A DNA stretch of 63,922 bases, filler included, from Thelocarpon superellum (lineage: Eukaryota), in the NCBI GenBank assembly GCA_026025795.1. It is 4 parts of 4 records of this genome, joined end to end, with 100 filler letters (N's around TTAATTAATTAA, not from the genome) between each part and the next. Parts side by side here need not be neighbours in the genome. Positions count along the whole stretch, not along the records: positions 32,191 to 48,034 come from JAPEUG010000402.1; positions 48,135 to 63,922 come from JAPEUG010000403.1; 2 more parts are not named here. One strand, given 5' to 3'. Made by a program: the position numbers and the translations under genes. The notes below the pieces were generated by a model. It did not search any database. It saw only the letters and a program-made list of their open reading frames with translations, and was not told where the DNA came from. Shown here piece after piece: positions 37,576 through 50,788 of the stretch; the stretch's first letter is position 1, and each line of letters starts with the position of its first letter.

Positions 37576-40027
37576 TCAAGACCAGCCGGGATCCGGATGA
37601 CCACCTTGGCTGGCGTCGAGGAGACCAGGTACGACTCGCCCGGCCAGGTCGGTGGCCTCGGCGCGGACCCGAGTAGCCTCGGGCACCCTGCCTTGTACCT
37701 CCAGCGTATCCGCCAGCATGCCCCGGGCCACGCTGGCCCATAGGCTATTCGAGCTGTCCTCGGCCCACTTCACCGCAGCTTGCGAGCTCTTGACCGCCTG
37801 CTCACCCACCACGCCGCGGAAGTATTTCCCACTCATGTAGTTCAGCGCGATACATGTGAGCTGCATATTGGCCACGCTCTTCGCCGCGTTCAACGCCGCT
37901 TGGATATTGTTTTTTCGCATGATGCCCAGATCAGTCGCATGCGAGGTTGCCTTGATGAGATTGTAGGCCGCCTGGATGTTGCGGTTATGGTGGCTGACAC
38001 ACCATGGCTCCACCACGGCGAACAGTCGGTCGACGGAGCCGTCGTCGGGTCGGGACGGAGCGGCGAGGATGAGGATAGTGTTGAGCGTGGCGAGGATGGA
38101 GACGTCGCGCCGGAGCGCTTCACCCGAGTCTGATCGCCCCGCCGACGTCGCCGCCCCAAACGCCAAGGCGGGTCGTTGAAACTGAGCGAGCGCAGCGTCC
38201 AGGTGTCCGGTACCTTGCAAGATGACGCCTTCGAGATACTCGCTCAAGTAGAAGAGCGGTTCTGAGGGAGAGGCTGCAAAGTCACTCAGGTCCTTGCGCA
38301 CGTGGTCCAGCGTCCATCGCGCCGCGGCCCAGTCCGTCCGGGCACAACGCACGAAGGTCAGCTGAATCCTCATGTAGCATCGAAGCCGTCGTCGCCACCC
38401 GAGCCACACGGCCGTGACCGTCAATGGTTGCCCCTTTGCTGCCGGTGATTCCACTTCCTCTAAGAAGCAGGTGGTCAGCATGGTTTGGGCGGTCAATGTC
38501 GGGGCCGTACCTCCAGCCATCTTGAGACCTTCCTCCAGCGCCTTCTCCGCTTTGCGTCCATCTTGCGAGTTGCGATGACTTGTCGCGGCTCCGTTGAGCA
38601 GGTATGCGAGCGCATAGAGGTCACGCGCAGGCATCCACGAGAACTCGAGGAGGTCGGACCCATGCTCGCTCCGACTCAAGAGTCCGTCAATGGGATGTGT
38701 GACGTTGCTTCCGGGCGGGCCGGGATGGATCGGCAAGGAGAAATGGCCCTCTGCGGATATGGGAGAGCGCTGCTCATGGAAGATCTGATCCAGCAACTCG
38801 CGGACCGTCTGCATCTTCGATAAGACGTGGTTCGGATTCGGCTCAATCATGCTACAGGCGAGATCGAAGATGTAAACGAGGGCCACCAACTGCGGTAGCT
38901 TCCCCGCGAGCTCATGCATCGGTTGACTGCGCGCAGACGCGATGGCGCGCTGAGCTTCGCCAAGAGCATCGGCGGCACCTGACCGTAGGTGGATGTACGT
39001 TTCAAGGACGGCGGACATGACAAAGATGGCGTGATCACCACGTCCGTTGGCCGTCGCGGCTGCCGCGTGTAGGTGCTGCAGCGCCGACGTTGTCTCGGCG
39101 GCAGATGGGGTTTCAAGCGACAAAGAGACACGAAGAAAGCGGAACGCGTATGCCCACGAGGTGTGGTGGTAACTATCAGAGGTTCAGCCACGCACCCTAT
39201 CAGTCATTGGGGGTGGCCCAGCGAAAGGCCTGATCCACCACGTACGCTTCAACGTCCTGGATGATCTGGTCAAGGAACTTGGCGGCAGCCTTGGGGCTCT
39301 TGCGGTGGATGACGCGGGCCAGCAGGTGTTGCATGCCATACTTGAAGTCGACCAAACGATTCTGTGCCCAGAGTGAGCCGCCCAGTGATTCGCTCTACGC
39401 GATCGCGTCACCTACCCGCTCGCAAAGGGCGATGCCCTTGCTCAGCGCCGTCTCGGCCTCGATGTCATTTTCCGTTTCCTCAAACACGACGCTCGCGTAC
39501 CGCAAGCGAATCGCCGCTTCGGCCCGCGGCTCCAGGCGCCAGTTCTGCAGAACGGCTTCCAGACAGGCGAGGGCGATGGCGATGAGCCTGTAGTAGCCTT
39601 CGAGCTCCGACGGCCGACGCGCGAGCGCCGTCCGATAACCTCGACTATGTGCAGCCTCCAAGTAGCGCTCGGCCAGGGACAGCAGCAAGGCTTGCTGATT
39701 CAACGAGGGGCTGGGCGGACCGGGAGGCTTCGGCGCCGTGACGGGGGCATCGGAAGGGACCGGGTCCGGAGGCGCGTGATGGGACGGGATCTTGCCGTGG
39801 CGCTCAAAGAGCACCTGATCCGGTGCTTGATGTGGCGGGGGGAAAGATTGTGGCGGATGAGGTGGAACATTCTCGTATCGTGCCTGATAGGCATCAGGGT
39901 TCTGATACTGCTGGCGATGCACCGGCGGCGGGGGCGGCACGATATGGAAGCTGGCAGGTGGAAAGGCAGCAGACTGCGGAGGATCCTTGTATGGCAGGCC
40001 CACCTGGTAGCGTGCGTGATAATCCAT
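37576..40027 (-). CDS. SCC4: Cohesin loader subunit Scc4/MAU2/Ssl3
   Basis: LLLSLAERYLEAAH..YYRLIAIALACLEAVL..LEPRAEAAIRLRYASVVFEET..AETALSKGI, spliced YHHTSWAYAFRFLR, and C-terminal ALNYMSGKYFRGVVGEQAVKS..LWASVARGML. Three introns. Confidence 0.85.
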
Positions 40028-40830
40028 CCCGAGCCCTCATCCACCCTGGCTCCATGGGGTTGTCGATGAAGGCGTGCCTGGGTGTGTCGATGCGCGCCCG
40101 CCCTCGGACGTTGAGCCACGATTATCTTCGGCCACGGCGCCAGACGGCCGTCGCGCTACCGAACCGATCCGGCGGCTCTGTCTGCCAAGTCACTAGGATC
40201 GACATTACGTTGGCCACCAGCGACACTCGAGAGGACAAGCGCCACCGTGGAATCGCCATCACAACCCGAACTCGTAGCGAGATCATTTATCAAATTACGT
40301 GTTTTCATCCCGTCTCGAGAGGCTTCTGCACGGCGGGCGCCGCCAGCGGTGATCACCGTGACCGTGGTCGGTTGTGCGTGACTACGACATAGGAATGGAA
40401 ATAGGCTCGGAGGCCCAGGAGACGGGTCCCAAGAAGAGAAGGACCGCCGTAAGCACGGAATCGTTGCTAGAAAAGGCGCTGTCACCTGTACCCCCTCTGA
40501 TCCGAGTACGAGTGGCGGGCTCCCTAGCCACAATATCGCGAAAATAGTACGGGGAGCTGCTGGAAGGCGGATAGCCTAATCATCGGCGTGCTCCACTCGC
40601 TGCGTTACCTTCCTTTTCAGACTTCAGCGCCAGCGGGGCGGTCGGCCGAACAGTCATTCTTCGATAAGTAGAGCGAGGGTGCTTATGACGATCGAGATCC
40701 TCGGGCATTCTATCAGCAGAGCATTCTCTCCGAACACTGGTCACTTTGAGCGTCCCAACACAAAGCATTGCTAGATTGCCCGTGTCGACGTGCCACCTTG
40801 TCACCAGACATGGGCCCGTCTCCGTGACGA

Positions 40831-42454
40831 ATGCTCAACATGTACCTCTCATGGCTATTTGGGTATGCGAAGATATCATTCCACCATGCCACGGAGCCCA
40901 TCACTCTGTCCACCAAAGCTGGGGACCGCATCTCTGTGGCCTCCATCTGCAAAGCCGTGACGCCGACCTGCCGCCTCAGCCCGCTGCTCTTCAATGGTCA
41001 TCTCCAGACCTGTTGGACGGTGACCAAGGACCAGACCGTGCCCATCTACTACAAGCGCAAAGTGTTTGAGGCCGAAGACCCTGCCTTCGAGGGCACTTTC
41101 ACCGTGGACTTTGTCGTGGATGAGTTTCCTGAGCATGACCCCTCGCTTCCTCCGCGGACAGTCTACCTCAGCGAGGATGAGTTTGCGGGGGTCGGCTCCC
41201 TCGACAGCAAGCCTATGCTCGTAACCCTTCATGGTCTGAGTGGCGGGTCTCACGAATTATATCTGCGGCAGGTGCTGGCCCCCTTGGTCACGGCCGAAGG
41301 CGGTTGGGCGGCGTGCGTGATCAACTCGCGAGGATGTGCCAAGTCGGCCATCTCCAACGGCGTGCTTTACAACGCCCGGGCTACCTGGGACACGCGCCAG
41401 GTGGTGAAATGGCTGCGGCGTACCTTCCCCAACCGCCCGCTCTTTGGCGTGGGCTACTCCCTCGGCGCCAACATCTTGACCAACGTAAGCGATTCCCCTT
41501 CCCCGGGATGACCTGTGGACGCGCATGGATGCTGAGTGCAGAAGTATGTCGGCGAGGAAGGCGCCCACTGTGAGCTCCGCGCAGCCGTCGTCTGTTCCAA
41601 TCCGTGGAATCTTGAGGCTGGCTCCGATGCGTTGAAGAGCTCCTGGCTGGGGCTGGAGGTGTACTCCCGGGTCATGGCAAATAACATGAAGCGCCTCGTC
41701 GAGATGTAAGAGCGCCATCTCGGACTCCCGACATTAAGCCAGACTAATCTAAGCCCGCTCCACCCCAGACACAAAGATCAAATCATGAAGACATCCAAGG
41801 TCGATCTGGACCGCCTGAGAAAAACCCGATACCTGCACGACTTCGATCGGTGAGGGCGGCCCCCTGAGCTATTGGAAGCTGTGGCATGGATTCTGACGTG
41901 CGTCCAGCGAAGTCCAATGTCCAACGTGGGGCTATCCCACCGTGGGCACGTACTATCGGGACGCTTCATCGTGTGACTCTCTCCTCGCTATTAAGATTCC
42001 TTTCTTCGCCCTGAACGCAGAAGACGACCCGGTAAGGCCCGCGAACACTCAGAGACCGTGCCTCGCGAGGAATTGCTCATCCTCAGTTGTAGGTTGCGCC
42101 CAAGAAAGGCATCCCATACGAAGAATTCACTCAGAATCCATACGCTGTCTTGTGCACGACATCCAAGGGGGGTCACTTGGCGTGGTTCGAGAGTGACGGA
42201 GGCCGATGGTTCGTCAAACCGGTAAGTAGTTGGCTCGTGCAGGTCCAGATTGCATCGCAAGCGACGCTCATCACATTCCCCAGATCACCGGCTTCCTCAA
42301 TCGATTGGCGAACGAGGTGCAAATGGACGATGCCAGCGGCCATCGCAAGCCCGTCATGAACGGAACCACGACTAGCACCGTAGGAGGGACTCCTAAGCCG
42401 TACGAATTTGTTCCGATGCGGCGTAAGATGTACATGCAGGATTTTGCCGTCTAA
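40831..42454 (+). CDS. AB-hydrolase family 4 esterase/acyltransferase (Eht1/Eeb1/Mgl2-like)
   Basis: [33 protein letters not shown] nucleophile elbow, NAEDDP (acid) and GGHLAWFE (His). Five introns. Confidence 0.9.
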
Positions 42455-42566
42455 CGCCTGCCGATGCGTGCGTTGTCCATAGACGTCCATAGAAATGAAT
42501 GGACGAAAAAGATCAGACAGACCATCCGCCTCCAAAGGATTGTCAGAAGATCTGCATGCATGCACA

Positions 42567-43235
42567 CTAGGCAAACGCCACACGTTTCCGCGGTGTGGAC
42601 ATCGCCGAGCTCTTCGTGAGCTCTGGCCCGTCCGGAGCCGAGCTCTTTCGTTTGCGAGACTTGCGCACCGAAGCTTTCGTATCCTCCTACGCAGAACGTC
42701 AGCAAGTGTTATGCCGGCGAAGAGAGATGGGCCGCCTACAAACTTGGACCTCTTCGCCTCCTGTCGCACTTCGGCCTCTTTCCTCCGCGCTTCACGGATT
42801 TCTTCCATCTGCCTCGCCTTCATCATCTTCGACTCAATCTGTCCTTCCTTATCGGCGTTGACCATGGCCAGGATGGTCATCATGCTCTCCTGTGACCCAC
42901 ACCCAATCAGCCTGTCACGCGCAACGTCTCTCATCGGGTTGTGCTCGGCGTACCCGGTCATCGACAAACACCTTGCCCCTCTTCTTTCCCTTGGGTGCTT
43001 GCACGCCGGCCGGCGTCACCATATTCAAAGTCGGTACTCCCAGTTCCTCGGCGCTGTAGACTCGCCTCTTTTTCATCTTCGCCACGTGAGGATTGACACG
43101 GGCGGAGCGTGGCCGTGCCGGTTTGGCTGGCGTCGGTTTAGCGCTCTTCCTCGAGGACGTTGTGGAAGAGCTCTTGGGGTGTGGAGAGGAAGTCGTTTTA
43201 ATCACTTTAGAGCGGACCGTTCGGGTGGGCGCCAT
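42567..43235 (-). CDS. LOC1: 60S ribosomal subunit assembly/export protein Loc1
   Basis: Basic protein with [70 protein letters not shown]. Ends KRVAFA*. Two introns. Confidence 0.88.
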
Positions 43236-43871
43236 GATACCGCAACTGCCACTATGTGGGGCTACTATGTGGGATGGAACGGTGTGTAGCCTGTGGGATA
43301 ATTTGTGAGATCGTGCACTGGATGAACACCAGGACCGGTGCTCGTACTACGAGTTAGGTGCAAGTCAAGAGCGTCGTATTAATCGACGCCAATAAAATAA
43401 CTTCCTGACGTACGCCGGCGGAGTCGCTTAAGGGATCGAGGTTTGGGTGCGGGTCAAGTCCGGGCCCCACTGCGGGCAAAATGCACGCCTGACTCGTGTT
43501 CAAGATTGCTTCTTCTGCGAGGCTGCACGCTATGCAGGAGATCTGTAAACACTTGCCTTGTACCCAGGGTCACAAGATGATCTGGTGCTCTTCAAGCACA
43601 CGGAGCTCTAAGTCACTTCTGACTCGCCCCGAAGACTTACAAGATGTTGAAGGTGTTGTCTTTACATGCTGGGTGAACCCTAAGAGATTCTTCTACGGGA
43701 ACCCTACGCAGTGGTGCACCTTGGCCGTGTTCAGTAAAGCCCGATGTCGCATGTGGTGGTGGCCCAAGCGGAAATTTTTGTCCCCTCCGTCCATTTCTCA
43801 CCAGACTCCGCCTCCATAGATCTTGATTCCCCTCGATCTATGGGATCTCTTCTTCCGACATTGATCTGGCG

Positions 43872-46443
43872 ATGAAAGAAAGATTGCGTATTCTCTTGGT
43901 CGGCAATGGCGGCCGAGAGCACGCGCTGGCGTGGAAGCTCTCTCAGTCACCCCGCACGGACCAGATCTTCGTGGTCCCAGGTAACGGGGGCACTGCCTCG
44001 GGCCTACCCAAGGTGGTCAATGTGGACAAGGTGAGGCCCGATGACTTTGCTGCGCTCGTGGCGTTCGCCCGGCAGCATCAGGTCAATCTGGTCATCCCGG
44101 GACCCGAGGCACCGCTGGTCGCCGGGATTGAAGAGCACTTCCGCGCCACGGGGATCCGCTGCTTCGGACCCACGAAGGCTGCGGCCCGGATGGAGGGCTC
44201 CAAAACCTTTGCGAAAGACTTCATGCGCCGGCACAAGATCCCTACGGCCGCCTATGAAAACTTCGACCGTTACGATCCCGCCAGAGCCTATCTAGACTCG
44301 GTTCATCATGCCGTCGTGATCAAAGCCAGCGGACTGGCCGCGGGAAAGGGAGTGATTCTCCCATCCTCCACCGCCGAGGCCCACGCCGCTCTCCGTGACA
44401 TCATGCTGGACAGAGAATTTGGCGCCGCTGGTGATGAGGTCGTCATCGAGGAGCTCTTGGAGGGCGAAGAGTTAAGCATCTTGGCCTTTAGCGACGGCTA
44501 CACCATCAGGGCCTTACCACCGGCTCAAGACCACAAACGAATCCACGACGGTGATCAGGGCCCCAACACCGGTGGCATGGGATGCTATGCACCCACGAAG
44601 GTCGCCTCCCAAGCTCTCCTCGACAACATCCACGCCACGATACTCCAACCGACCATCGACGGCATGCGCAAGGAAGGTTGGCAGCGCCCACATCCTCCCT
44701 AGACATCCGGACTGATTGATGGTAGCCTTTCCCTTCGTGGGCATGCTCTTTACCGGGCTCATGTTGACCGGCACGGGGCCCAAAGTGCTCGAATATAACG
44801 TCCGCTTTGGCGATCCTGAGACCCAAACTTTGCTCCCACTCTTGAGCGCTGACACGGACCTGGCCGACGTCTTGGTATCCTGTGTCGAGCATTGGTTGGA
44901 TGCCGTCCCTCTGGCTGTCGATCCCGGTTACGTGGCCACGGTTGTTGTGGCGGCGGGCGGCTACCCAGGCGCATATCGCAAAGGGGTTGACATCAAGCTA
45001 AACCCGGTCCCGAAAGGTCAGAAGCGACCTCTTCTGAGCCATGCCACCGTGGTACTAATTCCGCGCAGACACCACCTTGTTTCACGCTGGAACCACAGGC
45101 GTGAGTGGGTCGCTCCAGACTGCCGGCGGGAGGGTCATGGCCGCCTCGGCGAAAGCGGCCACACTCGAAGAAGCCGTGAAGCAAGCGTACCTCGGGGTGA
45201 AAAGCATCGGGTTCGAAGATATGTATTACCGCTCGGACATTGCTCACCGGTACCACCTGCCAGAGATCTGGTCCACGTCATCCATCGCTAATGGATGATG
45301 TAGGGCGTTTGCGCTTCAGAAAGCGCTCGGGTCGGAGCCGATGACATACGCCTCGGCGGGGGTGTCGATCGACGCAGGGAACGTGCTGGTTGAGAAGATC
45401 AAGTCGGCCGTGCGGTCTACCCGACGCTCCGGGGCCGATGCGGAAATCGGTGGCTTTGGAGGAACGTTTGACCTCGAACGGGCGGGATATAGCACACTAC
45501 CGGTCCTGATCGGCGCCATCGATGGCGTTGGCACGAAACTCAAGGTGGCGCATGCGATGGGAAAGCATGAAACCGTAGGTCCGTGTGGCCGACGAACGCT
45601 CGACAGTCATTGCGGCGCTGACGTGTGGCAGGGATCGATCTCGTCGCCATGAACGTCAATGATCTGGTGGTTCAAGGGGCCGAGGCGCTCTTCTTCCTGG
45701 ATTGCTATTCCTGTAGCAAGCTCGACGTCGAGAATGCTGCAGCCTTTGTGCAAGGCGTCGCTGATGGCTGTCGACAAGCCGGATGCGCCCTGGTGGGAGG
45801 AGAGACGGCCGAGATGCCTGGCCTGTACGCCGGATCCGACTACGATGCCGCCGGCGCGGCCGTCGGCGCGGTGGCGCGCGACGCAATCCTCCCCAAGACG
45901 GAAAGCATGGTATCGGGCGATGTACTCGTCGGGCTGGCAAGCAATGGCGTGCACTCTAATGGATTCTCGTTGGTCCGCAAGATCATCGAGCGACAGGGCC
46001 TGTCGTACGACGCCTCGTGTCCATGGGATGAGACGACCACCGTCGGTCTGTCGTTGCTGACTCCCACACGAATCTACGTGAAGCCTCTCCTCGAGGTAGC
46101 CCGTCATGGATGGGTCAAGGGCATGTCGCACATCACCGGCGGGGGCTTGATTGAGAACATACCGCGCATGCTACCCAAGACCTTGGCAGCAGAGGTGGAC
46201 GTAAGTCGTTGGCCTGTCCCACCCGTCTTCGCCTGGCTGAAGAAGGCCGGCAACGTCGGCTCGCCTGAGTTCGCGCGCGCGTTCAACACCGGGCTGGGCA
46301 TGGTCATTGTCGTCTCCCATCTACATCTTCCGCAGGTCACAGCGACCCTTGAACGTGCCGGCGAGCGAGTCTTTGAAATTGGACGCCTCGTTGATCGTAC
46401 TGGGGAAGGCTGTATCTTGAAGAATCTGGAGTCTTGGGGTTAG
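43872..46443 (+). CDS. ADE5,7: Bifunctional GAR synthetase / AIR synthetase
   Basis: [55 protein letters not shown] and [12 protein letters not shown], then [38 protein letters not shown] and HITGGG. Confidence 0.97.
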
Positions 46444-46715
46444 GGGCAAGAGGCGCATAGCACTATACCAATCTGTAGCGAACTCCAACGAGAGCTTCGA
46501 GCGAGAGACGATCGTTGAGTGCATCGGTACATTCTTGTCCCAGTTGTTTTGGCACCTAGCCGCGCGCCAGGAGTCAAGACTCCTTTCTTCCAGGCAGCCT
46601 CGAGAGGTGGATGACTAAGCGTCCTCGCCCGAGATCGCTGCTTGACGCTCTCTCATTCATCGACCAGATCTCTCCTTGGTCCCAACATCGGCAACACCGC
46701 TGCGCATCAGCGATC

Positions 46716-47539
46716 ATGTCGACCATAATGAGGACGCTGCGTAACTTGCGCAAGATTGGCTTAAAGGTCCGCCTCCGGCTCCACAGGTTTCGCCGACGCC
46801 CACTGACATGTTTTCTCGTCCACAGGAGTATGGTCACCAATTGCAGGTACGGCAGAGGCAGGCTGTAGCAAGCACTGAACCCTAGCCGCCGGCTGACCTC
46901 TACTCTTTTTACCCCCAGTACATCGGTTCGTTTTGGCGCATAGATACAGTCCAACATGAGCCTGGCTGATGGACTGCAGGCGACACTAAGGCGGGCACGC
47001 TGATCGCCAAAGATCGATACGGCAATAAGTACTACGAGAACCTGGAAGACGAGTTGCCGTGTACGAAATATGGGCGGGACCAACGAGCACAGGATTGATC
47101 TGACCGCTTGTTGCAGTGCGGACGCGGTGGGTGGACTACAAGGACAAGGAATTCGACCCGTGCGTGATGCCCGCCTTCCCACAAATAGGCAGGCACGGAG
47201 ACTGACCGCTCCACCACAACAGCTCCCAGATTGAGCCGGGCTGGTACCCGATCCCTTACTCTCAATGATCAATGTGCATGCCTAATGGGCGGTGTAGGCA
47301 TGCATGGATGTCGTACATGGTCGACAAACCTCCCACCCAAGACCCCATCCTCCAAACCGGCGTTCGGCCGTGGGAGCTCCCGGAACATCGAGTCAATCTG
47401 ACGGCCACGCGAGCAGCATACAAGCCATACTCAACGTGAGTCATGCGTTCAATGCCGCTTTGAAGCTTGCTGACCGATTATCATCAGGACAAAGCCTAAA
47501 TACAGCGCGTGGGAGCCGACAGCTGCCGCGCGGTCATAG
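46716..47539 (+). CDS. NDUFA12: Complex I accessory subunit NDUFA12/B17.2 (8 exons)
   Basis: Exons 46716-46766, 46826-46846, 46919-46925, 46980-47060, 47117-47159, 47223-47243, 47298-47435 and 47488-47539 give MSTIMRTLRNLRKIGLKEYGHQLQYIGDTKAGTL..DRYGNKYYE..LRTRWVDY..SQIEPGWHAWM..YKPYSTTKPKYSAWEP. Confidence 0.92.
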
Positions 47540-48034
47540 ACGTACGAGTTGCTTCAAGGCAGAATCGAAGGCAGTCTTGGGGAATTTGGCAGCCATTGAG
47601 ACCTCAGGCGTTATGTTGGACCAAATGCGGGGCTTCCCGTCGGGGGCCGTTAGCTTTGCAATGGAAGACCCGGGCTTTGCGCCACTGTATGAAGGGACCA
47701 ATGAAAGCAGGGTCTCTGGCCGCAGAATCGTTGCCTGTCACCTTGATTCTGGGCTAGCTACGTCCTGCCGATGCGGAAAACCTCGGCACAGAGCACGGCA
47801 CAGAGCACGGGGAGTAGAGGTCAGATATGGCCCAACTGTAATATGCAGATCGGTCAGATTCCCCCCAGATCAGTAGGTGCGGTCAGCAAGGACTCCAGAA
47901 GAGTCATGGATATGAGTCATCCGGAGATCTAGGGAGCTGGGAGACTTCGGCACCCAAGCTGCGACGGACATATCATTGCTTCTCGAATCCAACTCTAGGA
48001 CGGCAGAGTTGGATGCTATCATGATTGTTGCCTC

Positions 48035-48134
48035 NNNNNNNNNNNNNNNNNNNNNNNNNNNNNNNNNNNNNNNNNNNNTTAATTAATTAANNNNNNNNNN
48101 NNNNNNNNNNNNNNNNNNNNNNNNNNNNNNNNNN
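48035..48134. other. Artificial contig-joining spacer
   Basis: N44-TTAATTAATTAA-N44. Confidence 0.97.
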
Positions 48135-50788
48135 CCCTCCTCATCGTCTTCGTCATCTTCGTCGGCGATCGTGAGACTGGCTACCTCCGACGCGAGATGA
48201 TGCTCGTCATCCTCGCCCGTGGTGGCCTCGTGCGTGCTGTTCATGGGCGATTCCTTCTCCAGCGTTGGGAAGATCATCGTGCTGGACTCGGGGGCGGATC
48301 CGGTGGGCTCGGCGGCTTCGGCGGATGCGGTGGCAGCCTCAGTCTCCTCCACCTTGGCGGCCTCCATCTTGGGTGCCTCCACCACCGTACCATCCGTCAC
48401 GTCCACATCACACCATAGGCGATCGCCGAATTTCTCTCCATCTGGGGACGTCATGCGCCAGTAGGAGATGGCCTTGCCCGGTCGGGAGGGCGCGCGCAGG
48501 GTCACGCTAAAGTCGTAGTGCTCGCCCACCTTGAGCTCCTCCACCTCCACGATGTTGCTCTCCGTCGAGCGTTCCAGGTCCGCCACGCTTGACGGGTGGG
48601 CCGGGTCGACGTTGCGCATGTTGTCGCCGCCCACGAACTTGATCAAACAGCCCCTAGGCCAGGGGACCATGCCCGTGTTGGCCAGGGTCCATGTCTGCGT
48701 GAAGATGTGATTACGCGGCACCTGAGTCCCGTCTGGCACGCTATCCTTGACAAAGTGCGCCTGCATCAAGACGCTCGCTTCCGTGCTCCGGCCCACGGGC
48801 TTGAATGAAGTCGCGCCCCCCATGAGTCCACTGGGGTGGCGTGCGTAGGTGGCGCCACGTGGGCTGAGTGAGAAGCGGCTCGGCTTCAGATCCGCCACGA
48901 TCTGCACCTGAGTGGCGGCATTGGCCGAAGCGGCTGTCGGCGTCGGCGTCGTCTCAGTGGCAGCCGAGCGGGTCCGCGCATGGTAATCTCCCATCTCTGG
49001 CATCGCGTCGCCATTCTCCTTTTCCCCATCCGTCGCCACCGTGACATTCTTCACCGGCGTCTTGAACTTGATCAGCGGGTGCGTCCGGTTGTGGCGATTG
49101 ATCGGGCTCGCTTCGCAACTGCCGCAAAAGTCCGTGTCATGGCACACCGCGCACTTGTACCGGTCGCCCACGATATAGGCCCGGCCGCCCTTACCGACGC
49201 AGAGGGGACCATCGCACGAGATGCCCGTGTGCGCCTGGTATCGGCCGTAGGCCGCATTGATCGGTTCGAAGATGGGCGCGAAGCGATGGCCTGGGTGCAG
49301 GTAACTGGCGTTCGGGATGCAGGTCGAGCAATAATCCCAGTCAGGGCAGTCGAGGCACTTGTGACGCACACCGCGAATGGACTGCCATGGCATCAGCTTC
49401 GCGATCGTGGCCATCCTCTGCAGGTTCGGATCTCTCTCACCTGATCACATCCATCACAGAGAGCAAAGTGAGACACATTCCGCCCCTTCTCGCACAGCAA
49501 CAGGGTCATGGCGTCCAGACGGGCCTCCGGGCTGGCCGGCTCGAAGTGATGGCCAGGGTGGTGACCATGCTTCTGCTCGGTGACACACTTGATGCAAAGA
49601 TCGTAATCCTCGCAATTCGCGCAGCTCACAAAGTTCCACATGGGCGCCACTGTCACGCGTCTCAGTGGGGTCCGAGTTTGGCCCGCGTCGGCCTTCGACT
49701 CACCTTCCACACATGAATTGCATGTGAGTAGCGTCTTCTCGTTCCCATTGGTCGGCTCAACCTTGACCTCACTCTTCTCATCCTCTTTGGCCTCCTCTTT
49801 GATCGGCTTGCGCGGAGCAGTGCGCTCCGTGGTACTGTTGATGACCCGGCCATCTTGGATGAAACGTCGGATCAGCCAATGACCGGGATCGGCGCACAGG
49901 GTGCCGGCATCGACGCAGCTCCGGCACAGGTCGAAATCTCCTCCATCGCAGATGCTGCAGTGGTAATGGGCATCGGGGATGGGCGCGTCACAAGCGTTAC
50001 AAAAGACGGAGTATTGCGACCGGCTGCCGCTAGCATTCGCGGCTTCGGGCATGTAGACGACCGACTGCTTGTTGAGCATCGACCACCGCTGCGCGCGTTC
50101 CATTCGTCGCAGGTCGTCGAGCGAGAAGCGCGGGGCGCTGAAGGCGTGTGGCACCGGCGCATCAGAGTCGGACGAGTCCCGACGGGCCATGTGCGACTCA
50201 AGCAGATGCGCATATTGATGACAGGTGTCATCGGTCGAGGACGGACCCAACGAGGCGCGGGGGTGGTCGTGCTGATCAAAGTATTTGGCCCATGACCCTG
50301 GCACATGTGTCGTGCTGTTACCTGTGGCGGCAACTGCGTCCTCCCCGGAAAGCGATTCCTTTCTGTCTTCCGACTCTACCTTCAGTGTAGGATCGCCGGG
50401 TTCCTGTTCAGTGGCGCTCGTCACCGTGGCTTTGATGCGAAGCTTGAGCTTGGCCTTGGCAGCACGATACAGCTGCTTGTAGACGGCGGGATTGTTGGGA
50501 TCCAGGGCGATGAAGGATGCGGCACTGTCCGAGTACCGCTCAAAGACGACCTGATCGTTGGGCGGGATGTTGAGAAGGATTCGCAGCTACGCCAGCACAT
50601 CAGCTCCGGGGTCACATTCATCATCGCCACCATCACGAGTCAGCCTTGCGAGTGAGGAGACCAACCTTCTCAGGTAGAACATTGGCACCTAAATCCCGCA
50701 GTGGCATCTTGAATCTCCGATTAGTGCCGCCGATGGCGACCTTGACGCCCACCAAGGTATCAGGATGAAGAGCCGGGACCGCCGCCAT
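48135..50788 (-). CDS. NBR1: Nbr1-like autophagy receptor (PB1-like N-terminus, 4 ZZ zinc fingers, FW domain, acidic tail); 3' end truncated by the contig end
   Basis: RRFKMPLRDLG..FERYSDSA..YKQLYRAAKAKLKLR, four ZZ motifs (CNAC..CSIC..DLCRSC; CNSC..CANC; CDGC..CLDC; CDGPLC..CAVC) and FW domain FVKDSVPDGT..QTWTLANTG..WPRG..SYWRM..FGDRLWCDV. Confidence 0.88.

Noticed and set aside
39173..39245. Twin or nested intron in SCC4 (internal CTGATAG followed by GTGCGT)
   Set aside because: The second unit would be only about 23 nt. A single 73-nt intron restores the frame.
32426..46443. THR1, HIS3 and ADE5,7 as a metabolic gene cluster
   Set aside because: They belong to different pathways and are interspersed with unrelated genes, which is ordinary for a compact fungal genome.
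30571..50788. Autophagy/vacuole cluster (VID27, ATG6, NBR1) or complex I cluster (NDUFA13, NDUFA12)
   Set aside because: The genes lie on different contigs separated by artificial spacers.
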